Shown here in pieces: positions 1-9,512 of a stretch of 64,000 nucleotides of DNA. Within the stretch, counting starts at the first letter, position 1; each line of letters starts with the position of its first letter. Position numbers and translations under genes: made by a program. The DNA comes from an uncultured virus (IMG/VR IMGVR_UViG_3300008459_007659) (taxonomy: Duplodnaviria; Heunggongvirae; Uroviricota; Caudoviricetes). The notes under the pieces were generated by a model. It was not told the origin of the DNA, did no database searches, and worked only from the letters and a program-made list of their open reading frames with translations. Where the stretch lies: positions 62,001 to 126,000 of the IMG/VR virus record IMGVR_UViG_3300008459_007659, one strand, 5' to 3'.

Positions 1-1423
1 CGGCATATTGTCTTTGAGGTTTAGTACAACTACCATCCAAGTAAACAGACTGTTTCCCAAAATGATTATGTATCATTTGTAATGTATCCGTAAAATTTGT
101 GAATATGATAACCTTTTTACCTTGTTCAATTATGTTCTCAACAAATTCAATTGTGTGTTTGATTTTTTCGTTTGCAATAATTTTTCTAACTTTCATCAAT
201 TTACTAAACTGAATAGTCAAAGATGATGATTCGTCAGATTTGTTTTCATACCAATCATAATATTCTCCCATCATTTCTTCGTAGTCTTTAGAAACTAATC
301 TTAGATATATTGGTGAAATAATTTTATCTGGTAAATCAAGGACATCTTCTTTCAATCGTCTTAACATCTGTTTTGAAGTCCTGTCTCTTAATTCCTCAAG
401 ATTTGATGCTCCTTGTACATTCCATACTTTTCTTTTCCCTGCCATGAATTGATATCCCTGACAGTATCGGATAGCATAAGCCATCCAATTCTGTGCTACG
501 GGACTTTCGATGATACTCAAAAGATTATAGTAATTCATGGGACGAGATGTCATTGGTGTTCCTGTCAACAACCACACTCGTTTAATATCTTTAACGAATG
601 AATTAATAATTTTAGTTCGTTGAGCTTGTGGATTTGATATCATATGTGCCTCATCCAAAATAACCAAGTCAAAATTTGAATTATGTATGATTGAATTGTC
701 TTTATTTTTTGTATCGTAGAAATTTTTAAGAATGTCGTAATTAACAATCGTAAAGTCTTCTTCTGTAGAGAATTTTTTACCTTCACTAATATAAACACTA
801 CGATCAGTATAATTTTCAATCTCTCGTTGCCAATTTATTTTTAATGATGCGGGACATACAATTAAAATTCTTTTTGCACCTGTTTCTAAAGCGGCAATTA
901 TTGTGGAAGTTGTTTTACCAAGTCCCATATCATCCGCAAGAATAAATCTTTTAGAACCAACTAATTTCTCAATCGCTTCTTTTTGGTGGGTAAGTGGTGG
1001 TCTATGTTCGTATTTAGAATAATCAATATCAACTTTCTCTATTGTGTGGGTTTTAATTAATGCGGATTTAGGAACCCAAAATTCAGTTAAATCATCCTTC
1101 TCAAAAAATTTACCCCAAATATGATATGACTTTTCTTTTTCCACTAAAAGTTTCTCAACATAAACAGTTTCAGGAACTTCTAATAGATATTTTTCTTCAG
1201 CAAATTTCTTTGCGAAGTATGAATCCAAGTCAACCCATTTACGAGCAACTTTTGGTTTTACATCATGATAAGTATTTATATAATCTGATTGTGATCTAGT
1301 AGGAAAGAATTTTTTACTCTTTTCTTTTTTAGTTTTTAAAGATAAAATATAGTTATTCGCACCTGAATATACCTCAAGTACTTCTAATGCTTTTTGCTCT
1401 ATCGTTTTCGTTAGAATATCCAA
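1..1423 (-). CDS. SNF2-family (SWI2/SNF2, HARP/SMARCAL1-like) helicase; partial, runs off the window start
   Basis: Absent from the ORF track; translated by hand from a probable TTG at 1423. Motifs: ILADDMGLGKT (Walker A), LIVCPASLKINW, LVILDEAH (Walker B), LLTGTPM, MLRRLKEDVLDLP. Confidence 0.92.
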   Translation of the reverse strand, partial: MDILTKTIEQKALEVLEVYSGANNYILSLKTKKEKSKKFFPTRSQSDYINTYHDVKPKVARKWVDLDSYFAKKFAEEKYLLEVPETVYVEKLLVEKEKSYHIWGKFFEKDDLTEFWVPKSALIKTHTIEKVDIDYSKYEHRPPLTHQKEAIEKLVGSKRFILADDMGLGKTTSTIIAALETGAKRILIVCPASLKINWQREIENYTDRSVYISEGKKFSTEEDFTIVNYDILKNFYDTKNKDNSIIHNSNFDLVILDEAHMISNPQAQRTKIINSFVKDIKRVWLLTGTPMTSRPMNYYNLLSIIESPVAQNWMAYAIRYCQGYQFMAGKRKVWNVQGASNLEELRDRTSKQMLRRLKEDVLDLPDKIISPIYLRLVSKDYEEMMGEYYDWYENKSDESSSLTIQFSKLMKVRKIIANEKIKHTIEFVENIIEQGKKVIIFTNFTDTLQMIHNHFGKQSVYLDGSCTKPQRQYA

Positions 1424-1483
1424 ACTAATTAGTTTTTTATAATAATAATCAATATTTAGATATTTATCAATAAAACTGTTTTT

Positions 1484-1996
1484 ATGTCAAATAAAGTACC
1501 TATTACAAGACTGGGTAAGTTTTTCGGAGAAAATGATTTTAACCTTGATATCTCAATGGGAGAAGAATGGTTAGTCGGGGATATGAACTTTACTTGTGTT
1601 CTTTATCGTATTGATAGATATAAAACAAAAACTGATGATGTTTATGGTGAGACTGTTGAGGACGGAATTAAATTCTTACCTCCTGTTGAGTTCAATGCGT
1701 TTGTACAAGTATCGGCACCTGAAAATAAAATGATGGGAACTACAAGAATTGATCAGATGGAACCTGGTAATATTAGAGTGTCTGTTTATCAAAAAACATT
1801 AGATGATTTGGAAATTGATATAAATTTTGGTGATTATATAGGTTACTATGAAAGTGAAACTTTGGTTAGATATTATACGGTTAATAACGATGGTCGTGTA
1901 GTTTCTGATAATAAACATACATACGGTGGGTATAAACCTTTTTATCGTACAATATCGGCATCTCCTGTTGGACCTAATGAATTTAGAGGATTATGA
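1484..1996 (+). CDS. putative neck/head-closure virion protein
   Basis: 170-aa beta-rich ORF at the start of the tail module, preceded by TATTTAT. Function inferred from position only. Confidence 0.4.
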   Translation: MSNKVPITRLGKFFGENDFNLDISMGEEWLVGDMNFTCVLYRIDRYKTKTDDVYGETVEDGIKFLPPVEFNAFVQVSAPENKMMGTTRIDQMEPGNIRVSVYQKTLDDLEIDINFGDYIGYYESETLVRYYTVNNDGRVVSDNKHTYGGYKPFYRTISASPVGPNEFRGL

Positions 1997-2997
1997 GAAA
2001 AATGAAAATAATGTTGTCTGAGTCACAATATTTTAAAGTGATGAGGTTAGTGAATGAAGAAGAAGAAATTGATATCATTGATGAACCAACAAAATATACT
2101 TATTTGAGTGTGAATCCTTGGCAGAAAGGAACTACCAAAAAATATTTTTTTAATAAGGTAAGATCAGTACCTGATAAATCACCAATACCAGGAAAAATTA
2201 AATTGGTTGGTAACCGTGGGGAGTTTATTTTCAATAAAAGTGATTTAAGATTTAATGTTGAAAAAGAAACCATAAGTGTTGATCAATGGTTATTAGATAA
2301 AGATTTTAATTTGGGGGAAGGCGCTAATGAACCTCAAAATATGGGAATTACTCCGAATAATATTAGAAAGGCATTGAGTTTGGCGTTTCCTAATAATTGG
2401 ATGTCTGAGGATGATATATATAGTGCGGGTTTAAGAGGTGTTTACACTATTGGTGATAAAATTAATGATCAAACAGAAGATTGGTCTATTATGAATTATT
2501 TTGATACCAAGCCCGAAATTCATGATTTGATATTTTTAAGATATAAAGAACAAGACAGTAATGAAGATATTATTGATTGGATGATAAATTTATTTAAAAA
2601 TGATGATGCATTCACACAACTTTTAGTTGATAGACAATGGCAGTCAATTGAAAATGGGTTAAAATTAGAGAGGGATTCCGTTAAATACCTTTTAACCAAA
2701 CTTAAAAGTGCTTCTATTACTTTTTATCCTCACGGTTCTAAAATGGATAGATGGTACGGTATTGATGTAACAATTAACGGGATTAATTGTCAAGTTAAAC
2801 CATTAACATCATATTTTGAAAAAGATGGAGTTTATACCGTTTATACTTACGGTATGAGAGATTATTCATCTAAAAAAATGGTAAATAAAATAATTTTTGC
2901 AAATAATAAAGAAATACTAATATTTGATAATAAAAATTATTCTGTTAACTCAAGATCAAAAGCAACTTTTAATGAACAACCAAAAATAGTAAAATAA
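1993..2997 (+). CDS. hypothetical protein with possible C-terminal PD-(D/E)xK nuclease-like motif
   Basis: ATGA overlap with the upstream gene. KMDRWYGIDVTINGINCQVKP resembles the D..G(I/V)D...QVK nuclease core; N-terminal KIMLSESQY..LVNE leader. Confidence 0.35.
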   Translation: MRKMKIMLSESQYFKVMRLVNEEEEIDIIDEPTKYTYLSVNPWQKGTTKKYFFNKVRSVPDKSPIPGKIKLVGNRGEFIFNKSDLRFNVEKETISVDQWLLDKDFNLGEGANEPQNMGITPNNIRKALSLAFPNNWMSEDDIYSAGLRGVYTIGDKINDQTEDWSIMNYFDTKPEIHDLIFLRYKEQDSNEDIIDWMINLFKNDDAFTQLLVDRQWQSIENGLKLERDSVKYLLTKLKSASITFYPHGSKMDRWYGIDVTINGINCQVKPLTSYFEKDGVYTVYTYGMRDYSSKKMVNKIIFANNKEILIFDNKNYSVNSRSKATFNEQPKIVK

Positions 2998-2998
2998 A

Positions 2999-4036
2999 AT
3001 GCCGATACCTAAAAAAATAAAAAAAACATTACCACTTACTCAATCTAAAACTTTATATCCAAGAAGAGAGGAACTTAAAGAAATGATTGAAAGGGATGGT
3101 ACTTACCTACCAAAGTCGTTACTCCATGCGGATTTGGATAGAGGTTTTTTAGATTTTGTACGAGATGAATTAAAATGTGTCGTTGAGGGTAAAACGGTAC
3201 CAATGGTTGATATACTAATCTCAACTCAAAATTGGAGTCAGTTTGTTGAAACATGGGATTTCCAAAACATTGATAAAAATGCGGAACCCCCATTTATTAC
3301 AGTAATTAGAACACCTGAAGTTAAATACGGATCAAATCCTGCATTAAGATGGAACATTCCAAATAGAAGACAATATTATTATGCTCAAGTACCAACATGG
3401 GATGGACAACGACACGGAATGGACATTTATAAAATTCCACAACCAGTACCTGTTGATATAAAATATACGGTTGCGATCATTTGTAACAGAATGAGAGAAC
3501 TAAATAAGTTTAATCAGATTATACTTGAGAAGTTTTCATCAAGACAAGCGTATCAAAATATTAAAGGACATTATATTCCAATTGTTAATGATGATATTAC
3601 TGATGAATCAGTTTTAGATCTTGAGAAAAGAAAAGTTTATATTCAGAAGTATTCATTCACTATGTTAGGATTTCTTATTGATGAAGAGGAATTTGAAGTA
3701 CAACCTGCGGTTACAAGGATATTCCAAATGTTTGAAGTGGACACTCAAACAAGAAAACGAAAACCAAGAAGAGAAGAACCGGCACCACCTTCATTATATA
3801 CAACAACATATCCTGACGGAGTCACTGAAACGATACAAACTTTTGAGTACACTGCAAACCTATATTTAACCGATACTTATAATGTTGATAATTTTAGTGT
3901 GTATATAAATGGTGATTATTATGGTGATACTTTGGAGGAATTTCAAATAAATACTAATGACATTTTAACCTTATTAGTGAATAAAATTAATCCATTGGAA
4001 GAGAGTAGAATATCATATACTCAAACATTATTATAA
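2999..4036 (+). CDS. tail completion/sheath-terminator protein (T4 gp15-like)
   Basis: Last + strand gene before the sheath. PQPVPVDIKYTV..I...M.ELN..NQ.IL..F pattern is typical of tail terminators. Confidence 0.55.
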   Translation: MPIPKKIKKTLPLTQSKTLYPRREELKEMIERDGTYLPKSLLHADLDRGFLDFVRDELKCVVEGKTVPMVDILISTQNWSQFVETWDFQNIDKNAEPPFITVIRTPEVKYGSNPALRWNIPNRRQYYYAQVPTWDGQRHGMDIYKIPQPVPVDIKYTVAIICNRMRELNKFNQIILEKFSSRQAYQNIKGHYIPIVNDDITDESVLDLEKRKVYIQKYSFTMLGFLIDEEEFEVQPAVTRIFQMFEVDTQTRKRKPRREEPAPPSLYTTTYPDGVTETIQTFEYTANLYLTDTYNVDNFSVYINGDYYGDTLEEFQINTNDILTLLVNKINPLEESRISYTQTLL

Positions 4037-4198
4037 CTACTCCCCGTATATATCCTTTTTTTCTTTACACTTTTCTGTAATTAGATTTTCTAAAAATCTA
4101 TACATTTTAATTCCGCGCTTATCACAATACTTTTTTAGTATATCGTGAACCTCAACAGAAATCTTAAGATTCTTTATTTTTTTAGGTGTTTCTTTCAT
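4037..4198 (-). CDS. small ribbon-helix-helix DNA-binding protein
   Basis: 53 aa from the ATG at 4198. KNLKISVEVHDILKKYCDKRGIKMYRFLENLI gives an alternating beta-strand, helix, G-turn, helix (RHH pattern). Confidence 0.7.
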   Translation of the reverse strand: MKETPKKIKNLKISVEVHDILKKYCDKRGIKMYRFLENLITEKCKEKKDIYGE

Positions 4199-4233
4199 AG
4201 GTAGAATAAAGGCAGAATAAAATCTCACCAAAG

Positions 4234-4241
4234 TATAAATA
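4234..4241 (-). promoter_or_regulatory. TATTTATA motif on the minus strand, upstream of the RHH gene
   Basis: Reads TATAAATA on +, i.e. TATTTATA in the RHH gene's sense, 35 nt before its ATG. Confidence 0.6.
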
Positions 4242-4277
4242 CTTTATCAGAAGTAAAGTTTTTGCCTAATTCACCAA

Positions 4278-4285
4278 TATTTATA
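4278..4285 (+). promoter_or_regulatory. TATTTATA putative phage late-promoter motif for the sheath gene
   Basis: The same motif recurs before about 17 genes in the window; 35 nt before the ATG at 4321. Confidence 0.7.
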
Positions 4286-4320
4286 TATAAAAAATAAATC
4301 TATAAACAAAAAAAAACAAA

Positions 4321-7300
4321 ATGGCAACTAACAGTAAAGTATTTGTATCACCAGGTGTCTATACTTCAGAAGTTGATTTGAGTTTCGTTGCTCAAAGTGT
4401 GGGTGTTACCACATTGGGTATTGCGGGAGAGACTTTAAAAGGACCTGCATTCGAACCGATATTCATTAGAAACTTCGATGAATTCACGACATACTTCGGT
4501 GGTACTTCTCCTGAAAAATTTGTAAATACTCAAATTCCTAAATATGAAGCAGCATACATCGCAAAGGCGTATTTACAACAATCAAATCAATTATTTGTAA
4601 CAAGAATCCTTGGATTATCGGGTTATGATGCGGGACCATCTTGGTCAGTAGTTACAGTTGCAAATGTTGATCCAACGACTGTTGGGTTTGATTGTGCAAG
4701 TGGTGTAACCGTTGATTGTGTTTTTGAATGTACTTCAGCTAATACTATTGATTTTACGGTACCTTTTAGTGGATGTAACAGTACTGACGGGACAGTTAAC
4801 TTTTTAAGTGATTTTCCTACAGTAATACAAAGTATGTTAACAGAATCATACCAACAATTTGACGGAGGAACCTCATCAATAGATGCTGATATTACAAGTA
4901 CAATTTTTAGTATTATCTCTTTAGATGATCCAACTACAGGACAGACAGTAATTGATTATTTTGGTTCTATTGATCCTGATGATTATTCAGGATTTACTAA
5001 TCCTACTTTTTCTGCGGGAACTCAAAACAATAGATTTGATGTACCTTCAGTTGATTTAGCTCAAACTGATTTAACATCACCATTAAATGATTCTTGGTAT
5101 TACGCTTTATTTGATAATACAGGTAATGGTAATTACACAGGATTCTCATTTTACTCATATGTAACAGGAGTTACTGCAACTACAACAACAAGTAATTGTG
5201 CATCATTCTACGACTATTCAATTAGTGGAACATCCGCAAGTATAAACTATAATACTAATGTTATTAGTGTTTGTTTACCATCAGGGTTTACAGGTAATTT
5301 ATCGGCATTAACTCCGACATTCAGTGCGTGTACAACAGGGGTTAGTGTTAATAGTGTTACACAGGTAAGTAATTCCACAGTGGTAAACTTCTCAGCAGGT
5401 ACTGTGGAATATGTGTTAACATCGGGAGATGGATCAGTTACAACAACTTGGACTGTAAATGTTTATGAATACGATCCTTGTTTAACTTGTCCTGGTTCTA
5501 ACGGTGGATCACAAAATGTTGGTGAATTTACAACTTGTTATTCAGGTAATGTCGTTGGTAAAATTTATCTTTACACAGGTAATTCATTCACTGATTACGA
5601 TGATTTAGTCGTAACAACATTAAGATCAAGAGGTGTATCTAATTATACTGATGGAAATAACCCAACTTGGGAAGTGACAGGAATTACTGACGTAACTCTT
5701 GATATGACAGGACCTTATTCAGGGGTTTCTAAAAATCCTTATTTACCATTTGTGGTTAATGTTACCAACTACCAAGGAGATTCATTCTCGTTTGAAACAT
5801 CAATGAGTATATCAGACGCTAAATATGTAACTAAAGTATTTGGTACTAGTAATTTTGGTAAACCTAGAACAACAGTTCCATTAATGGTTGAGGAAAGATT
5901 CCAATCATTATTAAATTACGCATATAGAAAAGGTTATATTAGAGGATTAAATTCTGAGTTAATTTCACTTGATTCCGCTCAAAGTCAAAGTTCTACATCT
6001 ATTGGGTGGTACTTAGATAGATATCAATCACCAAGTTCCCCTTGGGTTGTATCCGAAGTAAGAGGTAGTAAAGTTTATAACTTATTCAAATTCTATACAA
6101 TTGCTGACGGTAATGATGCAAACACAAGTGTAAAACTTTCAATTACAGATATTTCATTCGCTAATCAAACATTTACAGTGTTAGTTAGAGATTATTTTGA
6201 TACAGATTCTGCACCTACAGTTCTTGAGAAATTCACTAACTGTTCAATGGATCCAAGTCAAAATAGTTTTATTGCTAAAAAAATTGGTACATTAGATGGT
6301 GAATACGAATTGAACTCTAAATATGTTATGGTTGAAATGAATGAGGATGCTCCTATTGATTCACTACCTTGTGGATTTGAAGGGTTTAACTTCAGAGAGT
6401 ACTCAGGTGCTAGATCTCCATTCCCAATCTTTAAAACAAAATACGATTTCCCTGGTGAAGTAATTTATAACCCACCATTTGGTTTACCAACAGGAGGAGA
6501 TAACGCAACTACAACAGGTGGTGATAATGTTAGAAGAACATATTTGGGTATGTCTAATTTCTGGGGTTACGATCCTGACTTCTTTGAGTATGTTGGTAAA
6601 AGAAATCCAATTTCTACTTGCGACATTGAGGGAGGACAGTGGTCTTACAGAACAAGAGGATTCCACATGGATAAAAACGCAAGTGGTATTACTATCGGAA
6701 GTGCGTTCTCAACAAGTGGAACACCAAGATTCTATGTAGGTGATGCACCGTTTGCTTCAGAACCTATAAATGAAACAAGTCCTTACTACAGATTGTTCTC
6801 AAGAAAATTCACTTTGTTTGTACAAGGAGGGTTTGATGGATGGGACATATATAGAGAAAGAAGAACAAATAGTGATAGATATGTTTTAGGTAGAATCGGA
6901 TTCTTAAATGGTTCTTGTCCTACAGATAGATATCCTGATGCTAAAGGATGGGGAGCGTTTAAACAAATTTCTATCGGTGACGGTACAAGAACTTGGGCAA
7001 ATACTGACTACTACGCATATTTGTTGGGTATTAGAACATTCTCTAACCCTGAAGCGGTAAACATTAATGTATTCGTAACTCCTGGTATTGATTATGTAAA
7101 TAATTCAGACTTGGTTGGTGATGCGGTTGAGATGATTGAGTTTGAGAGAGCTGATTCATTGTATATTACAACAACACCTGACTACGATTTATTATTACCG
7201 ACAACGACAGGAACTGATGGTTTAATCTATCCTACTGAAGCGGTTGATAATTTGGAGACTGCGGGAATTGACTCTAACTATACTTGTACTTACTATCCTT

Positions 7301-7893
7301 GGGTATTAACTCGTGATACTGTTAATAACACACAAATCTATATCCCAGCAACAGCTGAGGTAACTAGAAACTTGGCGTTGACAGATAATATCGCATTCCC
7401 TTGGTTCGCCGCGGCGGGTTACACTCGTGGTATTGTTAACTCAATCAAAGCTCGTAAGAAGTTGACTCAAGAAGATAGAGACACATTATATGTAGGTAGA
7501 ATCAACCCAATCGCAACCTTCTCTGATGTTGGTACAGTAATTTGGGGTAACAAAACTCTACAAGTTAGAGAGTCAGCACTTGACAGAATCAATGTTAGAC
7601 GATTGTTACTACAAGCTCGTAAATTGATTTCAGCGGTTTCTGTGAGATTGTTGTTCGATCAAAACGATGAACAAGTTAGACAAGACTTCTTAAATGCGGT
7701 TAACCCTATCTTGGATTCAATCAGAAGAGACAGAGGTTTATATGATTTCCGTGTGACAGTTTCAAGTGATACTGCAGACTTAGATAGAAATCAGTTAACA
7801 GGTAAGATTTATGTGAAACCTACTCGTTCACTTGAATTTATTGATATCACATTCTACATTACCCCAACAGGAGCGTCGTTTGAGAATATCTAA
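4321..7893 (+). CDS. contractile tail sheath protein with internal insertions
   Basis: N-terminal FVSPGVYTSEVD and GETLKGPAFEP; C-terminal YYPWV, PWFAAAGYTRG, INPI, IWGNKTLQ..SALDRINVRRLL, LLFDQND, KPTRSLEFIDITF. Confidence 0.96.
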   Translation: MATNSKVFVSPGVYTSEVDLSFVAQSVGVTTLGIAGETLKGPAFEPIFIRNFDEFTTYFGGTSPEKFVNTQIPKYEAAYIAKAYLQQSNQLFVTRILGLSGYDAGPSWSVVTVANVDPTTVGFDCASGVTVDCVFECTSANTIDFTVPFSGCNSTDGTVNFLSDFPTVIQSMLTESYQQFDGGTSSIDADITSTIFSIISLDDPTTGQTVIDYFGSIDPDDYSGFTNPTFSAGTQNNRFDVPSVDLAQTDLTSPLNDSWYYALFDNTGNGNYTGFSFYSYVTGVTATTTTSNCASFYDYSISGTSASINYNTNVISVCLPSGFTGNLSALTPTFSACTTGVSVNSVTQVSNSTVVNFSAGTVEYVLTSGDGSVTTTWTVNVYEYDPCLTCPGSNGGSQNVGEFTTCYSGNVVGKIYLYTGNSFTDYDDLVVTTLRSRGVSNYTDGNNPTWEVTGITDVTLDMTGPYSGVSKNPYLPFVVNVTNYQGDSFSFETSMSISDAKYVTKVFGTSNFGKPRTTVPLMVEERFQSLLNYAYRKGYIRGLNSELISLDSAQSQSSTSIGWYLDRYQSPSSPWVVSEVRGSKVYNLFKFYTIADGNDANTSVKLSITDISFANQTFTVLVRDYFDTDSAPTVLEKFTNCSMDPSQNSFIAKKIGTLDGEYELNSKYVMVEMNEDAPIDSLPCGFEGFNFREYSGARSPFPIFKTKYDFPGEVIYNPPFGLPTGGDNATTTGGDNVRRTYLGMSNFWGYDPDFFEYVGKRNPISTCDIEGGQWSYRTRGFHMDKNASGITIGSAFSTSGTPRFYVGDAPFASEPINETSPYYRLFSRKFTLFVQGGFDGWDIYRERRTNSDRYVLGRIGFLNGSCPTDRYPDAKGWGAFKQISIGDGTRTWANTDYYAYLLGIRTFSNPEAVNINVFVTPGIDYVNNSDLVGDAVEMIEFERADSLYITTTPDYDLLLPTTTGTDGLIYPTEAVDNLETAGIDSNYTCTYYPWVLTRDTVNNTQIYIPATAEVTRNLALTDNIAFPWFAAAGYTRGIVNSIKARKKLTQEDRDTLYVGRINPIATFSDVGTVIWGNKTLQVRESALDRINVRRLLLQARKLISAVSVRLLFDQNDEQVRQDFLNAVNPILDSIRRDRGLYDFRVTVSSDTADLDRNQLTGKIYVKPTRSLEFIDITFYITPTGASFENI

Positions 7894-7910
7894 TAAAAGA
7901 ATAATAAAAG

Positions 7911-7938
7911 AAAAGGGAGATAAATTCTCCCTTTTTTT
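7911..7938 (+). terminator. intrinsic terminator after the sheath gene
   Basis: AAAAGGGAGA-TAAAT-TCTCCCTTTT stem-loop running into a T tract. Confidence 0.85.
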
Positions 7939-7959
7939 ATTTATTGAATATTTATTAAT

Positions 7960-8859
7960 ATGAATTATAGTGTTTTAACAAGACAAATCATCAAAGAGAT
8001 GGTTAACGAAGTTGAGGAAAAAAAATACGGTGTGAAATATTATGCATTTGACTGGGATGATAATCTTATGAAAATGCCAACTCAAATTATTTTAATGAGT
8101 GAAGGTGGTGATGAGGTTGGTATGTCAACTGAAGATTTTGCGGAATATAGAACTGACATTGGAAAAACTCCTTTTGAATATGACGGGGAGACTATTGTTG
8201 GTTTTGCTGAAAACCCGTTCAGATTTTTTGGAACTCAAGGGGATTCAAAGTTTATGAGGGATATTGAAAACGCCCCGTTAGTTAGAGGACCTTGGTCGGA
8301 TTTTATTGAGGCAATTAATAACGGTTCAGTATTTTCAATCATTACCGCAAGAGGACATCACCCAAATACACTTAAAAAAGGTGTGTTAAAATTAATTTTG
8401 ATGGGTAGAGGTGGACTTGATAAAGAAAAACTTGTGGAGAGTCTTATTAGATACAGGGAGATTATGGGATTAAAACCAATTAAAGATGAAAATTGGTTAA
8501 TCAGAGATTATCTTGATAGATGTAAATTTTACCCTGTGAGTTATGGTGCGGGTTCCGCGACTAATCCTGAAGAAGGTAAAGTTAAAGCAATGGAGGAATT
8601 TATTAATTATGTTAAAAGAATGTCAATTAGATTACAGAAAAAAGAATATCAATTCATAAATGATGTAAGTAATAACTTTGTTCCTAAAATGCCTATGGTA
8701 GGTTTTTCAGATGATGATATAAGAAATGTAGAAGTAATGAAAAAACATTTTGAAAAGAAACCAGATAATATATTAAGAACTTATCATACAAAAGATGATG
8801 AAAAAACTATGATGGAGCAACTAGTTAAAAGAACAATATTGAAAATTAAATCAAAGTAA
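7960..8859 (+). CDS. HAD-superfamily hydrolase/phosphatase
   Basis: HAD motif I FDWDDNL, II IITARG, III K (GKVKAM), IV GFSDDD..N. Confidence 0.75.
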   Translation: MNYSVLTRQIIKEMVNEVEEKKYGVKYYAFDWDDNLMKMPTQIILMSEGGDEVGMSTEDFAEYRTDIGKTPFEYDGETIVGFAENPFRFFGTQGDSKFMRDIENAPLVRGPWSDFIEAINNGSVFSIITARGHHPNTLKKGVLKLILMGRGGLDKEKLVESLIRYREIMGLKPIKDENWLIRDYLDRCKFYPVSYGAGSATNPEEGKVKAMEEFINYVKRMSIRLQKKEYQFINDVSNNFVPKMPMVGFSDDDIRNVEVMKKHFEKKPDNILRTYHTKDDEKTMMEQLVKRTILKIKSK

Positions 8860-8882
8860 ATAGAAAAAATTTTACAACGATA

Positions 8883-8894
8883 TATTTATAAATA
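8883..8894 (+). promoter_or_regulatory. TATTTATAAATA palindromic form of the motif, upstream of the tail tube gene
   Basis: Contains both TATTTATA and TATAAATA; the same 12-mer occurs at 24746-24757. Confidence 0.65.
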
Positions 8895-8924
8895 AAAATA
8901 AACAAAAATTTAAAAGAAAAAATT

Positions 8925-9413
8925 ATGGCTGATTTGTTAATGAAAATGCCAGTTCCTTACGAACCGAAAAGACAGAACCGATTTATATTAAGATTCCCAT
9001 CTTCATTGGGTATAAATGAGTGGTTTGTAGAGAGTGCGTCTAGACCATCTATCAAAATCGGTTCAACTGAGATACAGTTCTTAAATACTTCAACATTCGT
9101 TGCAGGTAGATTCAACTGGGATCCAATTACAGTTAAATTCCGTGACCCTATCGGACCATCTGCATCACAAGCATTAATGGAGTGGGTTCGTTTATGTGCG
9201 GAGTCTGTAACAGGTCGTATGGGTTATGCTGCTGGTTACAAAAAGAATGTTGACATTGAGATGTTAGATCCAACAGGTGTTGTTGTTGAGAAGTGGATTT
9301 TGGAAGGTACATTTATGACTGATGTAAACTTTGGTTCATTGTCTTATTCACAAGATGCGTTGGCAGATATTTCGGCAACACTTCGTATGGATCGTTGTAT
9401 CCTTGTGTACTAA
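8925..9413 (+). CDS. tail tube protein (T4 gp19-like)
   Basis: 162 aa. YEPKRQNRF, AGRFNWDPITVKF, ALMEW, YKKNV.IEMLDPTG..VEKW.LEG.F; lies after the sheath. Confidence 0.92.
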   Translation: MADLLMKMPVPYEPKRQNRFILRFPSSLGINEWFVESASRPSIKIGSTEIQFLNTSTFVAGRFNWDPITVKFRDPIGPSASQALMEWVRLCAESVTGRMGYAAGYKKNVDIEMLDPTGVVVEKWILEGTFMTDVNFGSLSYSQDALADISATLRMDRCILVY

Positions 9414-9435
9414 AAATATATTTTATATGAAATAC

Positions 9436-9470
9436 ATCCCATATGGTTTATTCCGTATGGGATTTTTATT
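9436..9470 (+). terminator. intrinsic terminator after the tube gene
   Basis: ATCCCATATGG-TTTATT-CCGTATGGGAT stem (one G-U pair) followed by TTTTATT. Confidence 0.8.
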
Positions 9471-9512
9471 TACAAAAAATATAAGTAAAGTATCTTTATA
9501 ATAAAAAAGATT

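Noticed and set aside
9469..9498. Promoter TTTACA-16-TATCTT before the chaperone gene
   Set aside because: Plausible but a weak match in very AT-rich DNA; not supportable without TSS data.
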